A stretch of 64,000 nt of DNA from a virus. Taxonomy: Duplodnaviria > Caudoviricetes. Each line of letters opens with the position of its first letter. Within the stretch, counting starts at the first letter, position 1. A program made the translations under genes and the position numbers. The notes under the pieces were generated by a model that saw only the letters and a list, made by a program, of their open reading frames with translations, was not told the origin of the DNA and ran no database searches. Location of the stretch: positions 1 through 64,000 of the IMG/VR virus record IMGVR_UViG_3300013121_000005; one strand, written 5' to 3'. Below, one piece after another: positions 9,485-19,273 of the stretch.

Positions 9485-11578
9485 ATGTCAGTCCCTCTTG
9501 TGTGCCGAGTTGCAAAACGGTTCTCCATTCAAGCTGGTGGGGTGGACCTTCGTACCTTGAAGATTACGAGCGAAAACCTGGAGCAAGTGCTCAACGATCT
9601 CATCGCTGGGATCGAAGACCTTGAAGCGGCGGAAGAGAAGCTCGGGCTAAGCTTGCGTAACATGACGCAACTTATGAAGGAATCGGTCCATAACGACGAC
9701 ATCTACCACAATGGGGAAGATGTGTTGACCCATATTGGGTGGGTCATGGATGATGTGCACACGTTGTCGGAGCACATGACAGCCGACAAAAAGGCTCTCT
9801 TGAAGTTGACTGCGCTCTGTCATGACTTGGGTAAGGCATATACATACAGGTATGACCCTGTAAAGAAAAAACACACCTTCCATGGGCATGCGGAGAAGTC
9901 TGTAGAGATTGCCAAGGTTTTCCTGGCTCGCCACAAGGAAGCCCTTGGTGAGCTGTACCAGGATGTGTTGGATTTCACTCGACTACATGATGTGTTCTAC
10001 GCTCTTGCCTACGAGCGAACTCAGGTAAAAGGTACCAAGTACGTTCGTCGTTTGATGAATGAGGCTATCTACCAAAAAGGTCTTCTTCGCGACCTGTTTG
10101 AGTTTGCCAGGGCAGATTCGTACCGAGCAAAGGCTCATGCACAAAAGCTCAAGGAAACGGAAGCCCTCTTTGAGGACCTCGCCGCTGAAGAGCAGTCAGC
10201 AAAGGAGGCTGAGCTTCTTGAGGTACAACGGAAGGCTTTCATCAAGTCCAAGCTGCCAGAAGTCCAGGCATACCTAGAGCAAGTAGCGCCTGATGCCGCA
10301 ACTCTCCTGCCCAATATGGTTGAAGTTAATCAACTACTTGGGCGTACCCGAAGGTTTGACGTCCTCAAGAAGATTAGGAGTATGCTGACATTCCAGGATG
10401 AACGATTCAAGCTGGCGAGTGCGGCCCATGCTCGTTCCGTGGCTCTGATGAAGTTCCTGTCTCGTGCGACCCAAGCACTAGGAATTGCAAAGCATGTCTA
10501 CGTCGTCGGGGGAGCTGTCCGGAATTGGATGCTCAACCAACCGATCAAGGATATCGATGTAGTGATCGATTCGATTGGGGCGAAGAAGGACTCCGAGTGG
10601 CTGGCAAAGCGTCTTAGGGAAGCCATCCCGGCTGGGACCAACCTGACCACAAATCAGTACGGCGTTGCTATCCTCACGGTGAAAGACTCGTGGGTGCTCG
10701 ACGGCCATGATATGCAAGGTGAGGTTATCGAGATTGCTAACGCCCGTAAGGAAAGCTACGGGGGCGAAGAAGGTAAAGGGTACAAACCGCATCTGGTTGA
10801 ACCTGCTACCATCGAGGAAGACCTAAGCCGACGAGAGTTTACGTTCAACACCTTGCTGTGGCGCTTACTTGACTTGGAGCATGGCCCTGACCGTGCTGAG
10901 GTGCTCGACCTGTTGGGGGTAGGTAGGCAGCACCTAGAACAGAAGGAATTGCGGACACCCGTAGACCCCGACAAGACCTTCTCGGATGACCCGACCAGAA
11001 TGCTTCGGGCAATCAAGTTTACGGCTAAGTACAACTTCAAGATTCCCCCGGACGTTGTGGGTAGTATCCGACGCAATGCTCCAAAACTCAAGCAAATGCC
11101 TTGGGATGCTGTACGTAAGATCCTGGTAGAGGATATCCTTGAAGGACCTGCCCCACGGGAGAGCGTGAAGCTACTGAAGCACTTAGGGTTGAGCGATACG
11201 ATCGGGGAAATGCTGCACGAAACTCAAGGGTTCGCTGCCGCTTTGGCTCGCAGTCTGTCTGAAAAAGAGACCCACCTGGTTCTAGACTTGCTTGACCTTG
11301 GGTGGACCATGAAAACCCCCGTGTCCTTCTTGGGGTCAACTGGATTGGTCCGGCTTCGCGAGATTCTTCTCAGCAGTGCGGAAGACCCAGGGTTTGCTGC
11401 TGCCTTCGTACAAGCACTTACAAAGCCCCCTTTGGATCAGCCTAAACTGTTCGTAGAGCTGAATATCCCGCTAAAAGAGCGGGGATCTTTAGTTCAGACA
11501 GCCCGTAAGTTGCTACTTAGCGACCCTCAACTTGCATTGAGGGGGCTGGAAGAAGCTGTGCGAAGAGAGCTGTCCTAA
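9485..11578 (+). CDS. cca: HD-domain + CCA-adding/poly(A) polymerase nucleotidyltransferase fusion
   Basis: N-terminal H...HDLGK...HA..S HD domain; C-terminal VGGAVRN, DIDV, DLSRREFTFN, FSDDPTRMLRAIKF. Confidence 0.85.
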   Translation: MSVPLVCRVAKRFSIQAGGVDLRTLKITSENLEQVLNDLIAGIEDLEAAEEKLGLSLRNMTQLMKESVHNDDIYHNGEDVLTHIGWVMDDVHTLSEHMTADKKALLKLTALCHDLGKAYTYRYDPVKKKHTFHGHAEKSVEIAKVFLARHKEALGELYQDVLDFTRLHDVFYALAYERTQVKGTKYVRRLMNEAIYQKGLLRDLFEFARADSYRAKAHAQKLKETEALFEDLAAEEQSAKEAELLEVQRKAFIKSKLPEVQAYLEQVAPDAATLLPNMVEVNQLLGRTRRFDVLKKIRSMLTFQDERFKLASAAHARSVALMKFLSRATQALGIAKHVYVVGGAVRNWMLNQPIKDIDVVIDSIGAKKDSEWLAKRLREAIPAGTNLTTNQYGVAILTVKDSWVLDGHDMQGEVIEIANARKESYGGEEGKGYKPHLVEPATIEEDLSRREFTFNTLLWRLLDLEHGPDRAEVLDLLGVGRQHLEQKELRTPVDPDKTFSDDPTRMLRAIKFTAKYNFKIPPDVVGSIRRNAPKLKQMPWDAVRKILVEDILEGPAPRESVKLLKHLGLSDTIGEMLHETQGFAAALARSLSEKETHLVLDLLDLGWTMKTPVSFLGSTGLVRLREILLSSAEDPGFAAAFVQALTKPPLDQPKLFVELNIPLKERGSLVQTARKLLLSDPQLALRGLEEAVRRELS

Positions 11579-11629
11579 ACGGGCCCTGGGGCCATCCAGA
11601 CTCTAACGAAGAGTCTGGATGGCTTTGGG

Positions 11630-12736
11630 TCAGCGCAGGAAAGCCGGGGGAGGCTTAACCTTATCGCCCTCGAAGGGGAGAGGCTCTTCTTTCCAATCAG
11701 AGATGAGCTTACTCAGAAGGTCGATATCGCGGCTTAGGGCTTGGATCATCGATTCTGTCTTGTTGACTCGTACTCGAATGAGAGAAGCCCATTGGGCTGG
11801 CCCCTCGCTTTCAGGGGTCATTTTCCGAGCCTTTCCAAAAGCCCCTTCTTCGTAAAGTTCGGCTACCTCGCCAGACTTGAGCTTACGGAGCCAGTTCTTC
11901 TGGTCATCCAACTGCCTATTGAGGATCTTTACGAGGTGCTTAGTGCCTTCGGGGCTTAGCTCAAATGGAGGGAAGGCTACTCCAATGCATTGACCCTGTA
12001 CGGAGCCCCAGCCAGGTCGTTGGTAGCCGTGAAGGACGATGGTTGGGTGATGGTTGCTCTGCGCCTTTAGTTTGATGTTGCGGAAACAGCATGGGCACGT
12101 GCCAGTGTTGTTTCGAGTACGAGGCGTTGTTTTCTCCCTACGCTCTTCTTCGTACGTAGCCATCCCAAGGTTGTTGGAGATTTGCTCCAGGAACTTTGTG
12201 TCCTTGCGGAGCCATGCCTTGAGGCCCCAGATAGGCATCTTTATCGGGTTTGGGTAACGGTTGTCCTGCGCCTCGAACTTGTTCGGGAGCAACTCGAAGA
12301 CCTGACCCTCGGGAGAAGTGAACCGAAGTCCATTCGAGCCCATATACTTCTTGAAGTAGAAGCCCATACGCCCTTCGCCAAACGGCTTGATGGGCGTCAC
12401 GTCCATCGTATAGCGCTGACCGTGCTTTGGGCTCGACGGGAAGCTTTGAACTTCATCCGCTTTGATCTTTTCCCAGAGGTATTGAATCCGGAGGGGATCG
12501 GAATCGGACTCTAGGTTAGGCTTATCCTCACGGATGTCCAAGTGCACAAGCCCAACAAAAGACTCTACTTTCCAGCCGCCAAGATAGTTGAGGGCCTCGA
12601 TGAGTTGCTTCATTGAGACGCTGGCATCAGCCCCCTTCCGGAGTTTGAGGAGCAACTCCTTCATTTTCTCAGGGGCCATGCTTGCTGCAAACCTGGCTGC
12701 GACTCGATTTGCAATCGTCTGGTCTGTACGGGGCAT
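11630..12736 (-). CDS. hypothetical protein with RVAARF motif and Zn-binding domain
   Basis: NRVAARF; GTCPCC...HGY...C. Confidence 0.75.
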   Translation of the reverse strand: MPRTDQTIANRVAARFAASMAPEKMKELLLKLRKGADASVSMKQLIEALNYLGGWKVESFVGLVHLDIREDKPNLESDSDPLRIQYLWEKIKADEVQSFPSSPKHGQRYTMDVTPIKPFGEGRMGFYFKKYMGSNGLRFTSPEGQVFELLPNKFEAQDNRYPNPIKMPIWGLKAWLRKDTKFLEQISNNLGMATYEEERREKTTPRTRNNTGTCPCCFRNIKLKAQSNHHPTIVLHGYQRPGWGSVQGQCIGVAFPPFELSPEGTKHLVKILNRQLDDQKNWLRKLKSGEVAELYEEGAFGKARKMTPESEGPAQWASLIRVRVNKTESMIQALSRDIDLLSKLISDWKEEPLPFEGDKVKPPPAFLR

Positions 12737-12793
12737 GAGTTGGCTTCCTTAGCCAAGAGGAAGTTACAAGAACAAGTTGCACTACGCCGAGAA

Positions 12794-13096
12794 CTACCCT
12801 TCCTGACCTGCAAGGCCAGTGATCTGTTCCCAGCCAGACCCCCCGTAGGTCTTTGAGGCACCTGGACCGTACCAACGATCGTGATTGTTCGTGGTGAACC
12901 CTCGCACCTTTTTCTCCGGCTTACGCTCCGTCATCGAAAAGCCGTAGCTCTTCAATTCGAGAATGATCCCGTGGTTGGATCGCTGAAGGATTTCAGCGAG
13001 TCGAACTACATCCGAGAGGGAGAACGACGTACGGTCATCATCCAGAAGGTAGGTGGCAAATGCTTCCACAGAAGCGTATTCTGGCTCAACTTCCAT
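12794..13096 (-). CDS. hypothetical protein
   Basis: 100 aa ORF. Confidence 0.65.
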   Translation of the reverse strand: MEVEPEYASVEAFATYLLDDDRTSFSLSDVVRLAEILQRSNHGIILELKSYGFSMTERKPEKKVRGFTTNNHDRWYGPGASKTYGGSGWEQITGLAGQEG

Positions 13097-13184
13097 GGAA
13101 GGTTAACGTGGGGGCCCCATAATCTTCAACAAAAAAGTTGATAACTTGTAGGTCAAGACGTTGAGTGTCTAAAGGAGCCCCAAG

Positions 13185-13823
13185 TTGAGCACTGAACCCG
13201 ACCTGTACGAGAAGATGCACCTCTTGATCCCCCCAGGAGTCAAGGGCGGGGTTTCGATCACCCATTTTACGGTGGGTGCCAAAGAGAGGGAGTGGACGAG
13301 TCTACGTGAAGCTATTACGGGAGGGAGGGAGCAAGCTGTCCCAGAGGGGACTTACGTCAAGCTGACCGTCAACGGCACGCTTATGATGAGTGATACCCGG
13401 ATGGAGCAGCTCACCAATTTGGACCTGATCTATCGGGCTCAGGGAGATGTCCTTATCGCAGGACTCGGGATTGGTATGGTAATCCCTCCTCTTTTCAAGA
13501 AGCCAGAGGTAAGGACGGTCACCGTAGTAGAGAAGAGCCAGGAGGTTCTCGACCTTGTAGGGCCCTACTTGGTAAAGAAATACCCAAACTTGTACTTGGT
13601 ACAGGGGGACATTTTCACCTGGAAGCCCAACCCTAGTCAGGTATTTGACCTGGCCTACTTCGACATTTGGCCTTACGTCTGCTCAGACAACCTTGTCGAC
13701 ATGAACAGACTAAAGAGAAAGTTCAAGCGTTACGTTCAGCCCAATGGCTGGCTAGGTTGTTGGTGCGAGAGGGAATGTCGATGGCAACGGGACCGAGATC
13801 GACGGCAGAGGGCGAGATGGTAA
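13185..13823 (+). CDS. spermidine-synthase-like class I SAM-dependent transferase
   Basis: DVLIAGLGIG, VVEKS, GDIF, FDLAYFDIW. Confidence 0.75.
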   Translation: MSTEPDLYEKMHLLIPPGVKGGVSITHFTVGAKEREWTSLREAITGGREQAVPEGTYVKLTVNGTLMMSDTRMEQLTNLDLIYRAQGDVLIAGLGIGMVIPPLFKKPEVRTVTVVEKSQEVLDLVGPYLVKKYPNLYLVQGDIFTWKPNPSQVFDLAYFDIWPYVCSDNLVDMNRLKRKFKRYVQPNGWLGCWCERECRWQRDRDRRQRARW

Positions 13824-13864
13824 CTTGACCCTGCCCCCAGGCAGCAGAGAGGATCTCCAGCAAC

Positions 13865-14191
13865 TTAGCTTACTTCTGTTGGCGGGTACTTGGCCGGTGA
13901 AAGTTTACGCTTTGTTAAGCTAGGATTTTTGATCGATCGCCAAGTGGGTGCGACTCGTACCCCTTCAACGGAGATTAGCTGTCTGGGAGTTCCTTGTCGA
14001 GTGTCGATGACACTTGAGGTCACTCGAAATTCCCCCGAGACATTCAGAATCTCAGTCCTAGTGCCATGCTTACGAGTGAGGTTGAACTCCAGTAGAAGTT
14101 TGGCCCCTAGAGGAAGGGGCCCAGGTAACAGGATATTGACCTTGGGGGAGTTCTTTACATCGGAGAACTCTAGGATACTTGGAATGCTCAT
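13865..14191 (-). CDS. hypothetical protein
   Basis: 108 aa; GGAG upstream. Confidence 0.55.
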   Translation of the reverse strand: MSIPSILEFSDVKNSPKVNILLPGPLPLGAKLLLEFNLTRKHGTRTEILNVSGEFRVTSSVIDTRQGTPRQLISVEGVRVAPTWRSIKNPSLTKRKLSPAKYPPTEVS

Positions 14192-14906
14192 CAGGATTCT
14201 CCATGGGTAACCTAGGGAAGGCTAAGGGGGTCAACTTAGGGTCCCTCAGTGGGTTTTCCTTTGGTGTAGGGTGGAGCTACCCCTCAGGCGACAGAGGGTA
14301 GGTTATAGGGCTCCGTGCTCCCTAGAGGAGTCGAGGTAGAATCAGTGCTTCCTGTCTCTATCCCCGAAAAGACCCCGTTGTTTCGGTCCAGAAAGTCGCC
14401 AGTTGTTTTTCTGGAAGGTCTTCTCTACCCTCAGACACCATGAGGGGGTTTCCTCTTCGAGGAAATTGCTCCGATTCGGGAAGAAGCTAAGGAACCCCGA
14501 GTCGTCTCAGAGAAACGGGTTCATGTGGAAGGGAGTCCCATGAACCTTGGACCAAAGGGCTTGTCCCGATCGACCTTGAAGGATTACCCCCAACTCTGAT
14601 CCTTCCTCTAAAGTTTTGATCTTCTTGATCTTCTCTTTAGGGTAGTGGCGAAAGCCGAAGCAAAAACAACTATACCCTGAACCCTTTCTTGACCCTCAGT
14701 AGTAAGTAGCTCAGTAGGTAGTCCAACCCCCTGTAGGAGAGTAGTAGGAGTAAGAGTAGTGTCCCGAGTCCCTAGTGTAAAATCCCCCGTCTCAAGTCCT
14801 AAATCATACATGATTATGGACCTTAAGCGAAACTGCCCCTACATCGATTGTGTCTGGACACAAGAGGAGGCAGAAGCTGAACTAGCAAGTCTTCTTCGCT
14901 ATTGCC

Positions 14907-15551
14907 CTATAGACCGGGATTGGCACAAGAGACTAGTGGTAGTTCGTTGCTTGAAAAAAAGCTAGCTGCGTAGGTCCAACAGATCGGAGGGTTGGTGCTT
15001 GTGCCAAATTGGGAACCCACTGAAGTGGCCCTCTCAAAGAATTTCTGCGCTTCTGCTAGTCTTCCTTGAGTGAAAAGTTCGAGTGCTTGTGCCCAAAAGT
15101 TGAGACTGAGGGTTTCAGCTTCTCGGTCCGTAGCTTGGTCCCCCCCTTGCATTGTGTCCTTCATGAGGAGGGGGCTCCTTTTTTCAGTGGCGGTTACCCA
15201 TCGCATCCAACTTGTTGCGATGGTGTTGAAGGTTTTCACTCGCCAGCCACCCTTCTTTGGGGGTTCGACGAGTGCTAGGTCTGACCGCTGAATCCCTAAG
15301 CAGTGCGACATGGCGACTACTGTTAGACGGTCCTCCACTGTTCGTTGGGGAGGTCGAATGTTTAGTGCGTAGCGGAGAAGAGCTTCAGCTCGGTCTCGCG
15401 ACCCATTCCTAAAGTTTGCGTCAAAGACTGCCTCTAGGGCGTCCATTTCCGCTAAGATGACCGACAAGCTCTCGTCGTTTTGCTGGGGTAGCTCTACTTG
15501 GGACATTTTTGCTCTGTGTAAGGAGTACACCTTTACGTCCCTTTGAGTCAA
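14907..15551 (-). CDS. hypothetical protein with TPR-like C-terminus
   Basis: AQALELFTQGRLAEAQKFFERA; start may be ATG 15506. Confidence 0.6.
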   Translation of the reverse strand: MTQRDVKVYSLHRAKMSQVELPQQNDESLSVILAEMDALEAVFDANFRNGSRDRAEALLRYALNIRPPQRTVEDRLTVVAMSHCLGIQRSDLALVEPPKKGGWRVKTFNTIATSWMRWVTATEKRSPLLMKDTMQGGDQATDREAETLSLNFWAQALELFTQGRLAEAQKFFERATSVGSQFGTSTNPPICWTYAASFFSSNELPLVSCANPGL

Positions 15552-15712
15552 GTCTTGGTTTTCTTAGGTACTTTTTTGATTTCTTCCCTCGCACCTTGAC
15601 ATCGTTTGCCCAGCTCAGGTACGGTTTTCCAGCTTCAGGGTGGGCTCTGTTTTGTAAATTTCGCGTCTTTAGTTGAAGGTCGAGACATTCAGCCGTTTAG
15701 GGGAAGAGGCTA

Positions 15713-16852
15713 ATGGCGACATTGAAGGCAGATTACGTTCCAACGGATAACCGGGACCTGGTACGACACTATGGGTCCTTCGTGGCCCTACTGGTTCGTC
15801 GGTACAACCGTGTAGATGCAAACTTCTCGGATTTGCTTCAGCATGTCTGGATGAAGTTGATCGAGGTTGACCTTCTCAACAAGTACCATTTGTCGGGGGT
15901 TGTTGGAGACGCACAGGTAGCAGCGGCAGAGCCAACGGTTAGTGCGGTCCAGGCATGCGCTATCCTAGAGGTGACTTGGGCCCAGTGGAAGATGCTCCTC
16001 TGGAGAGGGGCCCATGGGGACGACCGTATCTTGAACAAGATGAGCGTGCCGAAAGCTCTGATGGCTGAGGTAGGGGCCCGAGATCATGGGGTGTGCCATA
16101 GGTGCTCCTCTGATATGTCTCGTCTTCAGACTGCTCTGAAGCAGTTGAAGAGGTGTGACCTTGCGGCTTGGAAAGCTCTTCGTCAACAGATGGCGGCGAA
16201 AGGGGTCGCAGCGAACAAGAGGGTTCTTTGGGTTGCAGAGCGAGTAGCCCCTGGACTTTCAGCGGGCAGTTTTCGGACAGTCTGCCTTTTCTGCGTGTAT
16301 AAGAACCAACCCCCGGTTCTAAGGAAATCTGTATGGATTCCTGCTCCAGTCGAGGGGGCTCTGTACTCCGAAGTAGCGCGGTTCAAGCTTGCGGACATTG
16401 AACGGCTTAGGGCTATTCGAGCAGCAAACCCTCGATGTGTTAGGCACTCTGGGCTTGCTGTTGCGGAGGGGGTGCCTCTTCCTCCTAGGGTTTCTGTCGT
16501 TCAACCTGAGCCTGAGCGTTCGCGTGGTCCCTTCAAGTTGTACTTGGGGCGGGCGGTACACAACATCTACGCGAATTGGTGTCGCACCCGGTCTCGTAGG
16601 TACAAGGAAATGTACCTTGCTCCTGCGGAAGATGGGCAGGCTTGGGAGTCTTTTTTGGAAGATACTCAAGCACCAGGACAAGAGACCGTTGCGACTCTGT
16701 GTCGTGCGGTTCGGCGCATTGCCGGGGGAGAGGCGAAAGAGCAGCAGGTGGTTAGCCTTCTTGCCGACGGTTATTCGTTGGTTGAGGTTGTCCGGATGCT
16801 CTCGTTGCCCAAAACGGTCCTCAGGGCGTTTGCTAAGGGGGGGGTGAGGTGA
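15713..16852 (+). CDS. ECF-like sigma factor with a large Cys-rich insertion
   Basis: Region 2.1-2.2 LVRHY...DLLQHVWMKL; 2.3-2.4 FKLYLGRAVHNIYANWCR; region 4 LLADGYSLVEV. Confidence 0.65.
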   Translation: MATLKADYVPTDNRDLVRHYGSFVALLVRRYNRVDANFSDLLQHVWMKLIEVDLLNKYHLSGVVGDAQVAAAEPTVSAVQACAILEVTWAQWKMLLWRGAHGDDRILNKMSVPKALMAEVGARDHGVCHRCSSDMSRLQTALKQLKRCDLAAWKALRQQMAAKGVAANKRVLWVAERVAPGLSAGSFRTVCLFCVYKNQPPVLRKSVWIPAPVEGALYSEVARFKLADIERLRAIRAANPRCVRHSGLAVAEGVPLPPRVSVVQPEPERSRGPFKLYLGRAVHNIYANWCRTRSRRYKEMYLAPAEDGQAWESFLEDTQAPGQETVATLCRAVRRIAGGEAKEQQVVSLLADGYSLVEVVRMLSLPKTVLRAFAKGGVR

Positions 16853-16879
16853 TGGATCCTTTTATCTCGTCTTAGAGAC

Positions 16880-17671
16880 GTGGGATCCTTTCACCTTATC
16901 CGGGCTGCACAGAATGTTCACCGTCGTGTGTTTGCGAGTCTCCCTTGGGGGTATCGGCTCGCGAGCCTGTTGACAGTCCTGGCCTCATCCGATACGGCTG
17001 GTCTGGGTCGAGTAACTTACGGCTTGTTTCTGATGTATGACGTGACAGGTATGCCTCCCATCAAAGGGGAGGACCCTGCTCTATTTAAGCCAAGTACTCC
17101 ACGAGAAATCGAACGGAAGATTCCGCCTGGGTACGGTGCAGACTTCGGTAAGAGGGCTTACAACATCCTACTTCGACGCTTCTCGAAGCATGGCGTTGAC
17201 TTTGTAGACGAGGTTCTCAGCGAGGGAATGGTCAAGATGCTTCAGGGGGACAAGGCCCTTGCCAACTTGATTAGAGGGAAGAAGCTGAAGGAAGCTGAGA
17301 ACATCTTTTTTACCTCCTTGGTTCACCTTGGGACCGACCTTGAGCGGCGGCGGAGCCGGGAGAAGTCCTTGGTGGATGATGAGGGGGCTGAGGCAGTCGT
17401 CGAGGATCCCCGAGCTTGGCAGGCTCTTGAGAGTCACCTCCCAGAGAGCGAGATTGATTCAATTCGGGAGGAACTGTCTAGAGTGAATCCCCGACTTGCT
17501 CCTGACCTCCCGCTTTACTTCGACTTGCTCCTTGAGGGGTATAGGGATGCGGACATCATTCGGGATCAGATGCTCCCGTTCTTGAGGGACAACCCAATGA
17601 GTCAGCAAGCTTGGAGTCAAGGGTACAAGTCTAAGATCAAGGAAGTTCTTCGTCGACACCTACTAGACTGA
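16880..17671 (+). CDS. divergent sigma-factor-like protein
   Basis: DEVLSEGMVKM...TDLERRRSRE...LLLEGYRDADI. Confidence 0.45.
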   Translation: MGSFHLIRAAQNVHRRVFASLPWGYRLASLLTVLASSDTAGLGRVTYGLFLMYDVTGMPPIKGEDPALFKPSTPREIERKIPPGYGADFGKRAYNILLRRFSKHGVDFVDEVLSEGMVKMLQGDKALANLIRGKKLKEAENIFFTSLVHLGTDLERRRSREKSLVDDEGAEAVVEDPRAWQALESHLPESEIDSIREELSRVNPRLAPDLPLYFDLLLEGYRDADIIRDQMLPFLRDNPMSQQAWSQGYKSKIKEVLRRHLLD

Positions 17672-17686
17672 GGTGTATACCTCCTC

Positions 17687-18520
17687 GTGTCTATCACCCA
17701 TGTTACGTTCGAGGATGGTCTAGTCATAAGGGGTAGCTTTCCGGACCAGGAAGTTCTGGACTTGATTCAGAAGACTCTTCCTGGGGGCAAGACGGGTCTT
17801 TGTATCGCTGACCCGCCCTACGGCAACATCGTCGACAAGGAGTGGGACCGGATCGAGGTGGACGACCGGGAGTTCTGCCGTTGGATGGTCCACTGGACCA
17901 AGATCATCGAGGCGATGAGCCTTCCGGGCGCCGCTCTCTACGTCTGGGGAGGCGTTGGGCTGCCCAGGGATGGTAAGAAGCCACCTTTCCGCCCTTTCTT
18001 GAGGTACCTTGTGGAGGTTGAGCTGGAGACCGGCTACAGTGTTGGGGACCTGATTACGTGGGCCAAGAAACGGGCCTACGGTACGCAAACTCGACTGCTC
18101 TTTACACGGGAAGAGTGTGCCTACCTTGTCCTAGGGCACTTCAAGAAACCTAGGAGATTCAAGGTACCCTACCTTGCAAAAGAACGTGGTTATGCCGGAT
18201 ATAACTCACTCTACCCTGCTAGGAGTCCATTCTTGCGGCGTACGAACGTCTGGACGGATGTGACCGAGCTATTTCGTGGGAAAGTCCACCCCACACAGAA
18301 GCCTGAACGGCTCGCTGAGATTATGATCGAGACGCATACGGATACCGGAGAATTTGTTCTTGACCCATTCGCAGGTTCCGGCTCTACAGCCTTGGCTGCT
18401 CGCAAGCTAGGTCGCAGGTTTGTCCTTGTTGAGCAAGACCCGTCCATGTTTGACTTGGTTGTCGAGCGTTTGCGGTCTCCGGCGCATAAAATGGACGAGC
18501 TTTTCAAGCTCGTCGAGTGA
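17687..18520 (+). CDS. DNA methyltransferase (N6A/N4C, beta class)
   Basis: DPPY...HPTQKP...DPFAGSGS. Confidence 0.92.
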   Translation: MSITHVTFEDGLVIRGSFPDQEVLDLIQKTLPGGKTGLCIADPPYGNIVDKEWDRIEVDDREFCRWMVHWTKIIEAMSLPGAALYVWGGVGLPRDGKKPPFRPFLRYLVEVELETGYSVGDLITWAKKRAYGTQTRLLFTREECAYLVLGHFKKPRRFKVPYLAKERGYAGYNSLYPARSPFLRRTNVWTDVTELFRGKVHPTQKPERLAEIMIETHTDTGEFVLDPFAGSGSTALAARKLGRRFVLVEQDPSMFDLVVERLRSPAHKMDELFKLVE

Positions 18521-18973
18521 CGCATCGTTCTTGATGCGGTTGGCACGAAGAGAGATCACCTGAACGTTCCCCCTTACGTAACCTAGGGAGTTGTCGATCC
18601 GGTCCAGGGAGGGACTTCGCTCTCGGTCGCCCGTGACTCTCTCTAGTTTGAAGCCAAAAACGGGACAGGTGTCAGTCCAGATGGACTTGAGGTAATCTTC
18701 GTCCAAGTCAAATTCCAATCCGCGAGTAACCGCAGATTGCTTTGCCAGTCGAAGTGCGTACTTGAAAGGGTTCTTTTGCACCCACTCTCTGGCACGCGAC
18801 TTCCAAAGCTCAGGGTCCTTGCGGTACCTTTTCTGGTTGTACTGGCGTTGACGCCCAGGGTTAGCTTGGTTGCGCTCCTTATCATAGCAAGAGCGGCACA
18901 TGCCCCGCGCATAGTGCCGAGCGTCGTTGTGTCCGCATGTCGTATGCTGTGCGGGCCGTCCGTTAGGGTTCAT
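18407..18973 (-). CDS. HNH-like homing endonuclease
   Basis: CPVFG...SLDRIDNSLGYVRGNVQVIS..AN. Confidence 0.8.
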   Translation of the reverse strand: MNPNGRPAQHTTCGHNDARHYARGMCRSCYDKERNQANPGRQRQYNQKRYRKDPELWKSRAREWVQKNPFKYALRLAKQSAVTRGLEFDLDEDYLKSIWTDTCPVFGFKLERVTGDRERSPSLDRIDNSLGYVRGNVQVISLRANRIKNDASLDELEKLVHFMRRRPQTLDNQVKHGRVLLNKDKPAT

Positions 18974-19007
18974 ACTTAGAGCCCCTAACAAGTGAAATCC
19001 TTACCTT

Positions 19008-19271
19008 CTACACACGTGATGAAAGTCCCCTCTGAATGAGCAGGAGCTTCTGGGCTCGGGAGAGCTTTTTGACGGCTCGCTCCCGGCGTAGGGCGTCCCC
19101 TTTGGGCCCGACATGCTCCAGGTAGACGATCACCCAGGGACCCCCGACTCGGGTGAACTTCGCCCCCTTCCCAGAGTTGTGTTTCTTGAGCCGAGCTTCC
19201 GGGTCAGGGGAGATCCCTGTGTAGAGCTTGTCCGATTGTTGACCCCGGATGACGTACACCTGCCATGGCAT
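19008..19271 (-). CDS. GIY-YIG nuclease (UPF0213-like)
   Basis: VYVI...LYTGI...RLKKHNSGKGAKFT...ALRRE. Confidence 0.88.
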   Translation of the reverse strand: MPWQVYVIRGQQSDKLYTGISPDPEARLKKHNSGKGAKFTRVGGPWVIVYLEHVGPKGDALRRERAVKKLSRAQKLLLIQRGLSSRV

Positions 19272-19273
19272 GG

